Below, one piece after another: positions 37,499 through 46,908 of a stretch of DNA of 64,000 nt. How positions within the stretch are numbered: position 1 is the stretch's first letter; each line of letters begins with the position of its first letter. The notes under the pieces are model-generated. The model was not told the DNA's origin. It did no database searches and saw only the letters and a program-made list of their open reading frames with translations. Both the position numbers and the translations under genes were made by a program. Source of the DNA: an uncultured bacterium. GTDB taxonomy: Bacteria; Patescibacteriota; Minisyncoccia; Phycocordibacterales; UBA2100. The stretch is from contig CAIJXH010000002.1 of assembly GCA_903824595.1 (NCBI GenBank), forward strand, positions 7,209 to 71,208, given 5' to 3'.

Positions 37499-39095
37499 AT
37501 CCAGATAAGGGTAGATCAACAGTAAACACCGCACCCTTGCCATCACCTGGAGAACTGGCAGATATATGCCCACCAAATCTTTCTACTATTCCTTTTGCTA
37601 AATACATGCCATTTCCTGTTGATTCAGGATTATCGTCACGACTGCGGGCATCATGACCGCCTTTCGTAAATAGAATCCTCATTGTCTCTCGTGATATTCC
37701 TTTGCCTGTGTCACTTACAGAGAATATTGCTCTGTCACCAATTTTTTCAACAACCACACGCACAGACCCACTCGCGGTGTAGTGCCATGCATTCTCTAAA
37801 AGAGCGAAAACCACGTGCAAACTAAGAGCAGTTTCATCGACGTCGACCATGATTTGTTCTGTTGGCACCTGTACTGCAAATTCAATTCCTTTTCGCTCGA
37901 ACAATCTCCGCATAACTGCACATTGGTTTCTTACAACATCTACTAAATCGATTTTTTCTAATTCGAAACGCAAAGCACCTTTATCAAAGTCAACAGCAGC
38001 AATCGTCGCCACCATGAGCTTATTTCCACGCATCGCGTCATCTTCTCTCTCCTCGGCGTATTTCTGCTGTTCTAATGCAGAAGACTTGTCTCTCGCGAGC
38101 TTTCCGTACCCGATCCACGCTCGATACAAGAAGTTCTTGGCGCCATGACTGATGACACTAAGAAGATATTTTTGTCCTTTATTTGCCTTATCGAGCTCAT
38201 TCGCCATTTTATCGAAGAAGAACGCGAGAATCGAAAACAGGATGATTGTAATCGCTATAACAACGCGCATTGTATGAAAATCTCTCACGACGAATAATGT
38301 TGAAGAGATAGCGACAACCATCGCTACAAGAATCGCTCGAGTACCCAGAAGACGAAGCTTGAATATTTGAAATCGTACGATCGTATACACGAGAAACGCG
38401 AGAAAGCTCACCATTCCAAGAGAGCCTATAAAGCTGATCTGCTGAATTCTAGTAATTTGACCAATGATATTGGATCCGAAAAATAGACTTAGAAAAGCAA
38501 CTATTCCACATGTAGTAAACATAATCTCTCCACTAAACGCATCTCGATCTTTGGTAGAACGATATCGAAAAATACCTAGCATGATAATGTAGATTATCGC
38601 CACAACCTCAAGAAAATACATCAAGTAGAAAAGAAACCCAGGCACACCCTCACAGCTATCCAAATCATACGAAGTGATGTTGAAAGTGGTCGGCAACAGC
38701 AAAAAGACCGCAGCCATAATCCCCATACACAACGATTTGAGCCATCGAGGTATGTCTGCATGATTCTTATCCGTTACAACATGTGAAAAACATACTGAAA
38801 ATATGAAAATTGGCACCTCGAATACAGGGGTAAGCTGCCACGCAAAGTGCAAGACATCGTTGTACGACGTCACCCACAGTACAAGAATATCCAACACCCA
38901 AAGCGCAAAAAAGGAAGTGATTCCAAATAAAAGCCTCGATGGTAAGGAATGCCTGTCTTTACTGAATACATATGCGCCAAGAAAGACTGAAATAATAATG
39001 ACGGGAACATAGGTATAGAAAAGAAGCGTTGGCGCGGTAGAGAAATCAAAAATAAGAAAAGACGGGATTTCGGTACCACAGATTAATGGATTCAT
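37497..39095 (-). CDS. sensor histidine kinase with a large polytopic N-terminal membrane domain
   Basis: About 8 TM segments are followed by a HisKA-like region (LLSVISHGAKNFL) and a HATPase_c domain (N, G1 and G2 boxes: ...DTGKGISRE...GNGMYLAKGIVERFGG). The ATG at 39095 was chosen over the TTG at 39134, and the region is AT-rich. Confidence 0.7.
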   Translation of the reverse strand: MNPLICGTEIPSFLIFDFSTAPTLLFYTYVPVIIISVFLGAYVFSKDRHSLPSRLLFGITSFFALWVLDILVLWVTSYNDVLHFAWQLTPVFEVPIFIFSVCFSHVVTDKNHADIPRWLKSLCMGIMAAVFLLLPTTFNITSYDLDSCEGVPGFLFYLMYFLEVVAIIYIIMLGIFRYRSTKDRDAFSGEIMFTTCGIVAFLSLFFGSNIIGQITRIQQISFIGSLGMVSFLAFLVYTIVRFQIFKLRLLGTRAILVAMVVAISSTLFVVRDFHTMRVVIAITIILFSILAFFFDKMANELDKANKGQKYLLSVISHGAKNFLYRAWIGYGKLARDKSSALEQQKYAEEREDDAMRGNKLMVATIAAVDFDKGALRFELEKIDLVDVVRNQCAVMRRLFERKGIEFAVQVPTEQIMVDVDETALSLHVVFALLENAWHYTASGSVRVVVEKIGDRAIFSVSDTGKGISRETMRILFTKGGHDARSRDDNPESTGNGMYLAKGIVERFGGHISASSPGDGKGAVFTVDLPLSG

Positions 39096-39289
39096 ATCGC
39101 GATATATAGCATTACGCACCTCAATGTACCACAAACAAACCTCTCATGGTATAGTGAAAATATGCGGAATGGGAACATGTGGCTACTAGTGGCGCTATTG
39201 ACACTTGGTTTCGCTTCCATTTGCTTTACCTACTATCAGACGATAGTCCAACGATCATATCTTAGCGTCCACAATGGCGACTTTGGCGG

Positions 39290-39682
39290 CTAGACAGTTT
39301 GATGATATTTTACCCCTCGCTCAATATAATTCTTCTCAACTTCTTTGCAATCGAAATAATTTTTCACAAACTCTTCTATATTGCCAGCTGAAAATTTCCC
39401 ACAAGAATACACATCAATAGAAATAAAGTTTTTCGGAGCCAGTGTGTGAATCTGAATCCCACTTTGTATGAGCGGTATCCAACCAGACAACCCCGCCAAT
39501 TCAGGATATTGAACCGCGTCACTCCTGAAAATAAACGGTGGCGATTGTTTGTTCATTTTGAGCCGCACGACTAGATCCTCAAGAAATTGGTAGCACAAAT
39601 TCAAATCATCGCACACACCAGGTCGACAACCGTACAAATCAAGGGTTAGCAAATATCCAAACGGCTTTTCTGCAGTTTCCAT
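39290..39682 (-). CDS. pyruvoyl-dependent decarboxylase of the S-adenosylmethionine decarboxylase (SpeH/SpeD class 1) family
   Basis: A 130 aa protein in which ...IPLIQSGIQIHTLAPKNFISIDVYSCG matches the proenzyme cleavage/Ser and (E)SHISIHTWPE...DVFTCG motifs of prokaryotic AdoMetDC and related ArgDC enzymes. Confidence 0.65.
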   Translation of the reverse strand: METAEKPFGYLLTLDLYGCRPGVCDDLNLCYQFLEDLVVRLKMNKQSPPFIFRSDAVQYPELAGLSGWIPLIQSGIQIHTLAPKNFISIDVYSCGKFSAGNIEEFVKNYFDCKEVEKNYIERGVKYHQTV

Positions 39683-39730
39683 GGTTGGATTGTAACAAAT
39701 CTATGGTATCAAACAACATCAAAAGTATCT

Positions 39731-40657
39731 CTAGCTGCGTATACGTACAGTGTATTTTTTGAGAAAAGCACAAGGCTCATAGCTTAGTTTCGATTTTCGC
39801 AATCCCAGATTCCCTAAATCTTGCTCCCAGTTCCAAACGGCAATACCCTGTGCCTGTAAATGAACCGCCACTCTATTCGCTAAAAATTCATAAATTCCTT
39901 TGTACATCAGATCGGCTTTCCAGTATTGACCTAAACATATTCCCTGTCCAACGATTTCATCGATTGTGAACGCTTGCATTTCCCCACCAATGAAGACGCC
40001 ACCAACAAGCAATGAGTGGGACGACGCAGTCTGCAGTAAACGCTCCAAAGAGGTTTCCTCATGTTCCAAAAAATATTCTTTGTTCGAGGATTTTTTACTA
40101 TGTTCCCATCGCCGAATTACGGAGCGAATCGAGGCCTGTACGTTTGTATCAGCGAGATCGGCAAACTCAACTACTGCTCCAGAATTTTCTCTCATAAAGC
40201 GTTTTAGCATCTTCCTCTTTGATTCAAATTTTGCACCAGAATATTCTGCAATTTCAGGCACGGATAATAAGTATTCGAAACTGTCACGATCTTCTTCCAC
40301 CTCAAGATCAGATCTGTTTATCAAGAGCGCAGATATTTCTGGCACAAGCCGAAGCACGGGAGAGATTTTCATGCTTTCCGCAAATGTTATTAGATCTAAT
40401 GCTGTGTGTGTCGCATCATTATCTCCAAGAAACGAAAGGAATGGCTCCTCTGTATGATAATCGGAAAATTGTACTGCCAAATTTCCACGAAGGTCGGAAA
40501 TTTGTCTGGAGGAATTAGTGTCCCACGCCCACAGTGATGTAAAACCGAAATCAGAATATTGAGGAAATTTGCTTGTATATGATTCGATAATCTCGCGATC
40601 TGAAATTTCAATTTTTTTGAATTCAGGAAATCGAGGAAGTACTTGTTGCATAAACAC
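39731..40657 (-). CDS. DUF2156 / lysyl-phosphatidylglycerol-synthase C-terminal-domain-like protein (candidate aminoacyl-tRNA-dependent transferase)
   Basis: The C-terminal stretch ...GIYEFLANRVAVHLQAQGIAVWNWEQDLGNLGLRKSKLSYEP resembles the conserved GLRxFKxKFxPxW tail of the MprF C-domain/DUF2156. This is a stand-alone 308 aa protein. Confidence 0.5.
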   Translation of the reverse strand: MFMQQVLPRFPEFKKIEISDREIIESYTSKFPQYSDFGFTSLWAWDTNSSRQISDLRGNLAVQFSDYHTEEPFLSFLGDNDATHTALDLITFAESMKISPVLRLVPEISALLINRSDLEVEEDRDSFEYLLSVPEIAEYSGAKFESKRKMLKRFMRENSGAVVEFADLADTNVQASIRSVIRRWEHSKKSSNKEYFLEHEETSLERLLQTASSHSLLVGGVFIGGEMQAFTIDEIVGQGICLGQYWKADLMYKGIYEFLANRVAVHLQAQGIAVWNWEQDLGNLGLRKSKLSYEPCAFLKKYTVRIRS

Positions 40658-40670
40658 CTTTCATGCGTGA

Positions 40671-40988
40671 TTAGGCTAGAGACATTATTACAATAGACGC
40701 AGCTCCAAGCATCACTCCAAGCGCCACCATCAAACTCAATGACTCACCAAAAACAAATATCCCGATGAGCACAGTAACAATGAAGCTTGCAACCGACCAA
40801 ATTGGACCAACTATCGAGAGTAGATTCCTTTCAGTCAACGCCAATAGCCACACACCTCCTGCCGCCGCATATGCCGCTATGGCGACACTACCCCACATTG
40901 CGGACGGGTGAATGGCAAATTTCTTAGACGCATAATCGCCTACGGCATATACTACTATTGACACACCAATCCAAGACAAATAATTCAT
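40671..40988 (-). CDS. small multidrug resistance (SMR/DMT) family four-TM transporter
   Basis: A 106 aa protein with four hydrophobic helices. The start was set at MNYLSW to avoid overlapping the upstream response regulator. Confidence 0.55.
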   Translation of the reverse strand: MNYLSWIGVSIVVYAVGDYASKKFAIHPSAMWGSVAIAAYAAAGGVWLLALTERNLLSIVGPIWSVASFIVTVLIGIFVFGESLSLMVALGVMLGAASIVIMSLA

Positions 40989-41019
40989 AGCGAGTACTTG
41001 AGCAGCTACCAAAACAAGC

Positions 41020-41424
41020 CTATCCCTGTACCACCTTTTTATGCGCCACAATCTTTCTTATGTGTTCCAAAATTTCTGCAGGACTCATCGTTGATTTGAC
41101 TATATATCCACTCGCCCCAAGACTCGTCGCACGATCACACTCTTGCTGATTGTCATCATTGGTCAACGCAATCTTTATTGATCCAACTCCTAAATTTTCA
41201 TTTTTTAACTCTTCAAGAAATGTAAAGCCGTCCTTTTTAGGCATTTTTATATCGAAAACAATAATGTCTGGCTTGAATCCTGTTCGCAATGAATCCATCG
41301 CGTCATCGACATTTAATTTTGCCGTGACGTGCAGTCCGCCTTGAATAAATATCTCGGCAAGTGTATTTGCGAGCAACACATCATCATCAACCATCAAAAC
41401 ATCAATTCTCTTATCCTGATTCAT
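41020..41424 (-). CDS. response regulator, receiver domain only (CheY-like)
   Basis: A 134 aa protein with the receiver signatures DVLMVDDD, the phospho-acceptor Asp in IIVFDIKMPKKDG, and the KIALT...GASGYIVKS region. Confidence 0.8.
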   Translation of the reverse strand: MNQDKRIDVLMVDDDVLLANTLAEIFIQGGLHVTAKLNVDDAMDSLRTGFKPDIIVFDIKMPKKDGFTFLEELKNENLGVGSIKIALTNDDNQQECDRATSLGASGYIVKSTMSPAEILEHIRKIVAHKKVVQG

Positions 41425-41465
41425 AAGTGGTGCTTTATATTGTTATTACATGTTTTTAGTATATT

Positions 41466-42287
41466 TCAGCTATTGCATTGCGGAACAACTGCAGATTTCG
41501 TTCGAATATCGTGCCATCCAAATTGGAGGTAAATCTTCCGAGTTACAAAACCAAGATACCCGAGAGCCATTAGACTTGTTCCTATTACCCCCATAATACT
41601 ATACGCATCGTGCGACAACGATAACAGCAACAAACTGAAATAAATACAAAACGTATCCGCCATCGAGACACTTTCTGTCAATGTACCGTAGAGAAACACC
41701 AGAGAAATCACAGCAATTAAAAACAAGACAACGCGTTCGATGAAAGATATTATTGGGATTTGTATATGCATCAATATTTGTATATGCATGAAGAACCATG
41801 AGAAAAGAAGTACGCATAGTGCCATAATCGCAGCAACATAACGACGTGTATTTGAATGAGAACCAGATCTATTACTCCCCATGACTCGAAGCAAATACAA
41901 CGCACCAACACAATACAAAAGCACGCTGATTCTTGCAGAAATAAGTAGAGCAAGGTTCTCCTCAATGACACCAGCGTAAACCGCAAATAACATTCCAGCA
42001 CCACTCATAACAAGTCCTGCTCCTGTTGTACGCAGACTATACATAACTTTCTCTGAAATATCACTCCATATACTACTTCGCCACATGATAACTACGCCAG
42101 ATATGATGTACGTCATCGCTAAGATGGACAAAAGGGCTATGGATGAGTGAATTTCTTCCCGCGCGAGCACGGTCAAGACAATTCCGCACATTGCCACACA
42201 GAACACTCGCTGATAATTATTTAGTCGATTTTGCTGAAAAACAAACATACCGTACCGAAATACTAGCATTGGCGAATTTTTTAGCAA
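41466..42287 (-). CDS. hypothetical polytopic membrane protein (273 aa)
   Basis: Six to seven predicted TM helices. The protein is AT-rich and contains an internal direct DNA repeat (tgcatatacaaat x2). Confidence 0.45.
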   Translation of the reverse strand: MLKNSPMLVFRYGMFVFQQNRLNNYQRVFCVAMCGIVLTVLAREEIHSSIALLSILAMTYIISGVVIMWRSSIWSDISEKVMYSLRTTGAGLVMSGAGMLFAVYAGVIEENLALLISARISVLLYCVGALYLLRVMGSNRSGSHSNTRRYVAAIMALCVLLFSWFFMHIQILMHIQIPIISFIERVVLFLIAVISLVFLYGTLTESVSMADTFCIYFSLLLLSLSHDAYSIMGVIGTSLMALGYLGFVTRKIYLQFGWHDIRTKSAVVPQCNS

Positions 42288-42352
42288 CCCTCCATGTGTG
42301 TATTCGTGTGCGTATAAGCGGCATCAAAGCGTACCACTGATGTAATAGTGAG

Positions 42353-42423
42353 CGGGCCCACAAGGATTCGAACCTTGATCAGCGGTTTTGGAGACCGCCA
42401 TTCTACCATTGAACTATAGGCCC
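42353..42423 (-). tRNA. tRNA-Trp (anticodon CCA)
   Basis: The reverse complement GGGCCTATAGTTCAATGGTAGAATGGCGGTCTCCAAAACCGCTGATCAAGGTTCGAATCCTTGTGGGCCCG forms a cloverleaf with anticodon loop CTCCAAA. Its 3' end faces the AT-rich island. Confidence 0.85.
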
Positions 42424-42761
42424 TAGAGAGGATCGAAAATGAACATCACCATTCATTTTCTCCGAACGAAGAGTCTATACGATCCTCATGTATGGACTCC
42501 GATGTTCCTCGATGATCCGAGGAATGAGACAGTATACTACTTTTTTGATTCTTTGTGTTTTGTCTGTTTTTTGCACCACTTGCAGAACTTTTGAAGCTCG
42601 ATTTTACGAGTAACCAGTTTGCGATTCTTTCGTGACCAATAGTTGATGCGCGAACATTTCCCGCATGCGATTTTTATGAGCTGGTCTTGTGACATACGAT
42701 ATATACAGAAATATACAGGGCTTGAGCTGCCTCGTCAAATGGATCAGACACTCGCAATTTT

Positions 42762-43163
42762 TTAGCAGATTTTATTCCACGGACCAAACCCTGCGCCTTG
42801 ATTGAACAGCGCTCTTATGATCGTGTCAACAACAAGCCACGCAGAGAGCACAATCACAAGCCCGATTGCCACATTGGTGAAGATGCTTTTCGCCTTTGCA
42901 GCAGCTCCCGTATCACCTCCTGCCATCAAATACACCCATCCTGCATACGCAAACAACACCGAGGACAGGAAAACCACCATGTAAATACCCGTATTGACCA
43001 CATGCTGCGCCGTGTTCGCAAGCTCACATATAGTACATGCGGTGCCGCCTCCCACGCTCGTCCCATCACAGGTGACAATTCTACTACTCATATCGGATGC
43101 AAATCCAAGCATCGGGATGAAATAGGATACCAAACACGCAACAGCAGCACGTGCACGATTCAT
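42762..43163 (-). CDS. small secreted/membrane protein with VirB2/TrbC-pilin-like topology (hypothetical)
   Basis: A signal-like N-terminus (MNRARAAVACLVSYFIPMLGFA) is followed by two hydrophobic helices (GIYMVVFLSSVLFAYAGWVYLMAGG and IFTNVAIGLVIVLSAWLVV) and four Cys. The longer ORF start (43238) was rejected because it overlaps tRNA-Tyr. Confidence 0.4.
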   Translation of the reverse strand: MNRARAAVACLVSYFIPMLGFASDMSSRIVTCDGTSVGGGTACTICELANTAQHVVNTGIYMVVFLSSVLFAYAGWVYLMAGGDTGAAAKAKSIFTNVAIGLVIVLSAWLVVDTIIRALFNQGAGFGPWNKIC

Positions 43164-43210
43164 GCAAACTATTGTAACATGAACAAAGATGCTGCATACT
43201 GTACGCGTGC

Positions 43211-43294
43211 GCGTCGGTGGCAGAGCGGTCAAATGCATCGCGCTGTAGACGCGACGGACTTTGTCCTACGGGGGTTCGAATCCCTCCCGGCGCA
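43211..43294 (+). tRNA. tRNA-Tyr (anticodon GTA), type II with long variable arm
   Basis: GCGTCGGTGGCAGAGCGGTCAAATGCATCGCGCTGTAGACGCGACGGACTTTGTCCTACGGGGGTTCGAATCCCTCCCGGCGCA has anticodon loop CTGTAGA and a variable stem-loop GGACTTTGTCC. Confidence 0.85.
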
Positions 43295-43302
43295 CTGTAT
43301 AA

Positions 43303-43327
43303 GACCCTGCTTTGCGGGGTCTTTTTA
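43303..43327 (+). terminator. rho-independent terminator after tRNA-Tyr
   Basis: The hairpin gaccctgc-ttt-gcggggtc (with one G.U pair) is followed by TTTTT. Confidence 0.7.
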
Positions 43328-43368
43328 CGTCGCATGCACACGTGTCACCCTTGGCAACACATGCGGTT

Positions 43369-46074
43369 TTATGTCCTTGCCGCACTACGAGCGCGAACAC
43401 CTCGCTCTCGCACATGACCTTTGCGCACGTCGAACGTAAAATCGCCCGACCCATCTTTGCCGCCCTTAGCATCAAAGCCAACAACGACCGATCCTCCTTC
43501 CATCACGCCACGAGCAACCATCATATTGGCAACCGGAGTCAATATCTTTGTCTGTATGAGTCGTTTGAGCGGGCGAGCACCGTACTGTGAGCTATACCCT
43601 TCACTCGCCAACCGATCGAGTGCCGCATCGGTAAACGACAGAGCAATATGCTTATCTTCGAGGCGTTTTGCGACAATGGAAGTTTGCATTCGCACGATAT
43701 CTTTTATTGCATGAGTTGAGAGAATATCGAACAAAATAATCTCATCAAGACGATTGAGAAATTCGGGACGGAAATATTCTTTGAGCGCACCCATAACCTT
43801 GCTTTTCACTTGTTCGTAACGTTCTCCTTCAGTGCGAGAATGTCCGCTCGCAAATCCGAGTCCCGACATATTATCTATGTATTCTGCCCCAATGTTTGAC
43901 GTCATTATTATGACGCTGTTCTTGAAATTTACTACTCGTCCTTTCGCGTCGGTGAGACGTCCATTATCAAGCACTTGCAGCAAGATATTGAAAACTTCTG
44001 GATGTGCTTTTTCAATTTCATCGAACAGAATAACAGAATACGGACGATGACGCACAAGCTCGGTTAGTCCCCCGCCATCATCGTGACCAACATATCCTGG
44101 CGGCGAACCGATCATCTTCGACACTGAATGTTTTTCCATGTACTCCGACATATCCACACGAATAAGCGATGAATCGCTATTGAACAAAAATTCCGCGAGT
44201 GCGCGAGTGAGCTCGGTCTTTCCAACTCCAGTCGGACCGAGGAATAGGAATGATCCCACGGGACGATTTGGGTCGGATATCCCGGCGCGACTGCGCTTGA
44301 TCGCGTCAGACACTTTTTGCACCGCCTCTTCCTGCCCCACAATACGCTGCTTGAGCACGAGTTCCATGCGAGACAACTTTTCCGCTTCTTCTTCAAGCAT
44401 GCGCGATACAGGCACCCCGGTCCAACGCGACACGACACCCGCAATATCCTCGCCGGTAATGTCTTCTCGCAATACACGGCGCGTCTGCTGGAGTTTCTTC
44501 AAGCGTTTTGTAGCAGTCTCAATAGCGCGCTCAAGAGAAGGTATTGTCGCGTAGCGAATTTCAGCAGTCTTCGTGAGATCGGCAATGGCTTCAGATGCGT
44601 CTGCATCGATACGCGCACGCTCAAGCTCACCCTTTGCTTTCTTTATTTCGGCAAGCGTATCTTTTTCATTTTTCCATTTCAGCTCAAGTTCGCGCGAACT
44701 ATCTCGCAGATCGGCTATTTCTTTCTCGATTCCTTGCACGCGTACACGCGCCACGCCATTTTCTGCTTCCGCTTCCTTTTTTAGAGCTTCTTTCTCAATC
44801 TCAAGACGCATTATTTTGCGATGCGCTTCTTCAAGGACAGGCGGCTTATTTTCAAGCGACAATCGCAATGCCGATGCCGCCTCATCGATGAGATCTATCG
44901 CCTTGTCGGGCAAAAATCGTTCAGTTATATATCGGGATGAGAGCTGCACGGCAGCTTGAATGGCGTCGTCGGTAATGTGTACGCCATGGTACAGCTCGTA
45001 GCGCTCTTTGAGACCTCGCAAAATCGCAATCGCATCCTCAATAGTCGGCTCATTCACGTATACGGGCTGGAATCGTCGAGTAAGCGCGGGATCATGCTCA
45101 ATATGTTTCTGATATTCCTTGAGCGTCGTCGCTCCAATGACGCGCACTTCGCCGCGCGCAAGCGCAGGCTTGAGCATATTACTCGCATCCATAGAACCTT
45201 CTGCCGCACCCGCTCCTACTAACGTATGCATTTCGTCGATGAACAGAATGATTTTCCCTTCGGAGCGCTCGACTTCTCGCATGACCGCTTTCAGACGCTC
45301 TTCAAATTCACCGCGATATTTCGTACCCGCGATCAAAAGCCCAAGATCAAGCTGTATGACCTCTTTGCCTCGCAATGATTCAGGAACATCGCCCGAAGCG
45401 ACTCGTTGAGCCAATCCTTCTGCGACCGCCGTCTTTCCCACTCCCGCCTCCCCAATGAGAATTGGATTGTTCTTGGTACGACGCGACAGTATTTGAATGA
45501 CACGCGTTATTTCAGTATCGCGACCAATAACAGGATCAAGCTTGTTTTCGCGAGCGCGCTCTGTGAGCGATCGCGCGAATCTCGACAAAGCCCTAGGTTT
45601 TTTCGGCTCCTCCACGTCGCGAATTTTTCCTTCTTTTATGTCTGAAAGTACGCGCGCAAGCGCCGCACGATCAACTTTGAATCGCAACAAAACATCTCCG
45701 GCAGGACCGGGGTTTTCTGTGACGGCAAGCAGCAAATGTTCGGGAGACACAAATTGCTCATTGAAACTCGCCGCTATGCGTGGCGCCGCCTCAAACACGC
45801 GCACCAATTCTGGCGTGAGATACAGCTGAAAAGAGGGAGAGACCGCGGTATTCCCTCCTCTGCCTTCTATCAATTCGAGTACCGAATCAACAAAATGTGG
45901 GACATCAATTTCTATCTGTTCAAGAATCGGCGCCACCATCGTTTCCTCTTGCATGATGAGCGCCGCAAGCATGTGTAGCGTAGACACTTGGTTGTGTCCA
46001 CGCTCCACGGCAAATTGATGCGCATGGTGAATCGCTTCTTTTGCTTTGGTCGTATAATTATTGAATGGTGTCAT
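43369..46074 (-). CDS. clpB: ATP-dependent chaperone ClpB
   Basis: A 901 aa protein with the Clp N-domain, two AAA+ modules ([15 protein letters not shown] and [15 protein letters not shown]) and the long middle coiled coil typical of ClpB. Confidence 0.95.
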   Translation of the reverse strand: MTPFNNYTTKAKEAIHHAHQFAVERGHNQVSTLHMLAALIMQEETMVAPILEQIEIDVPHFVDSVLELIEGRGGNTAVSPSFQLYLTPELVRVFEAAPRIAASFNEQFVSPEHLLLAVTENPGPAGDVLLRFKVDRAALARVLSDIKEGKIRDVEEPKKPRALSRFARSLTERARENKLDPVIGRDTEITRVIQILSRRTKNNPILIGEAGVGKTAVAEGLAQRVASGDVPESLRGKEVIQLDLGLLIAGTKYRGEFEERLKAVMREVERSEGKIILFIDEMHTLVGAGAAEGSMDASNMLKPALARGEVRVIGATTLKEYQKHIEHDPALTRRFQPVYVNEPTIEDAIAILRGLKERYELYHGVHITDDAIQAAVQLSSRYITERFLPDKAIDLIDEAASALRLSLENKPPVLEEAHRKIMRLEIEKEALKKEAEAENGVARVRVQGIEKEIADLRDSSRELELKWKNEKDTLAEIKKAKGELERARIDADASEAIADLTKTAEIRYATIPSLERAIETATKRLKKLQQTRRVLREDITGEDIAGVVSRWTGVPVSRMLEEEAEKLSRMELVLKQRIVGQEEAVQKVSDAIKRSRAGISDPNRPVGSFLFLGPTGVGKTELTRALAEFLFNSDSSLIRVDMSEYMEKHSVSKMIGSPPGYVGHDDGGGLTELVRHRPYSVILFDEIEKAHPEVFNILLQVLDNGRLTDAKGRVVNFKNSVIIMTSNIGAEYIDNMSGLGFASGHSRTEGERYEQVKSKVMGALKEYFRPEFLNRLDEIILFDILSTHAIKDIVRMQTSIVAKRLEDKHIALSFTDAALDRLASEGYSSQYGARPLKRLIQTKILTPVANMMVARGVMEGGSVVVGFDAKGGKDGSGDFTFDVRKGHVRERGVRARSAART

Positions 46075-46083
46075 AGGTGAGAT

Positions 46084-46908
46084 TTATTTTTTTATAGATC
46101 CGCTTCCTTTCGGAACACTTACCGCCACAAAAGCATTTCCCGATACTGCCCGCGATATCTCGGTACTCATTCCCACAAGGTCTCCATTGTCGTTGATGAG
46201 GGGTGAGCCATACATAATAGCGCCTTCGGGCAGATCAGTTTCTACTATATCACCACTCCCTTGACGCGGCACTATCGACGTAACCATGCCGCCATTGACA
46301 CGCGGGATTGTCTTACCGTTCAGCGCCACAACACTCTCGGCAAGTTTCGCTCGCGCGGGAGCAATCGTGGCAGGTACCCATGCGATAGGTTTGGCACCCG
46401 TCTCGATGGTCGAGGTTGAAACTCGCAAGAACGCATATCCGTTTGAGTCATCACGCGCGACGACAAATAATCGAAGACGCGACCCATCTCCAAAAACAGC
46501 GACCGCATCTCCATATGCTCCCAATGCCGCGGTATCGGATATCACCCCACCCGACTCAACGACAACACCAAGCCCCAGAAACAACGGGTCAGTACTGTCT
46601 GAAGAATATAATCGCACGACGCTTGGCGAAAAATCCGCCACTGATTGCGTCATCAGATCACTCTCTTTTATGAGCATCGTTTTCGTCTGTCCTGCCGACG
46701 CTGTCTGCGTCGTCGGAACAATTCTTTCGATCGTGTGTTCCACCACACGATTGACAGTCTGGGCAATCGCGGGCGGCGCTTTTTCCATCAACGAAACCGT
46801 GACTATTCCAGTCGCGATGGAGGTCACAAATGTAACCAACAAAGTCAACAATACGACTTGGGATTTCGAGAGTTGTTCTATATCCATACGTATGGGCGAG
46901 TATATCAT
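46084..46908 (-). CDS. membrane-anchored protein with a trypsin-like (S1/HtrA-like) fold, possibly degenerate
   Basis: An N-terminal TM helix precedes ...GSPLINDNGDLVGMST..., which resembles the GNSGGPL...vGI region of S1C proteases but is not canonical. Confidence 0.4.
   Translation of the reverse strand: MIYSPIRMDIEQLSKSQVVLLTLLVTFVTSIATGIVTVSLMEKAPPAIAQTVNRVVEHTIERIVPTTQTASAGQTKTMLIKESDLMTQSVADFSPSVVRLYSSDSTDPLFLGLGVVVESGGVISDTAALGAYGDAVAVFGDGSRLRLFVVARDDSNGYAFLRVSTSTIETGAKPIAWVPATIAPARAKLAESVVALNGKTIPRVNGGMVTSIVPRQGSGDIVETDLPEGAIMYGSPLINDNGDLVGMSTEISRAVSGNAFVAVSVPKGSGSIKK

Noticed and set aside
36700-37500. attL-type direct repeat of the tRNA-Trp 3' end at the left edge of the AT-rich island
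   Set aside because: I looked for a partial copy of GCGGGCCCACAAGGATTCGAACC or its 3' portion near the GC transition and found none. No integrase or recombinase gene is present, so the island cannot be called an integrative element.
43164-43238. N-terminal extension (MHLTALPPTRTRTVCSIFVHVTIVC) of the pilin-like ORF
   Set aside because: The extension overlaps tRNA-Tyr (43211-43294) on the opposite strand, and the internal Met with a signal-peptide-like sequence (43163) is the plausible start.
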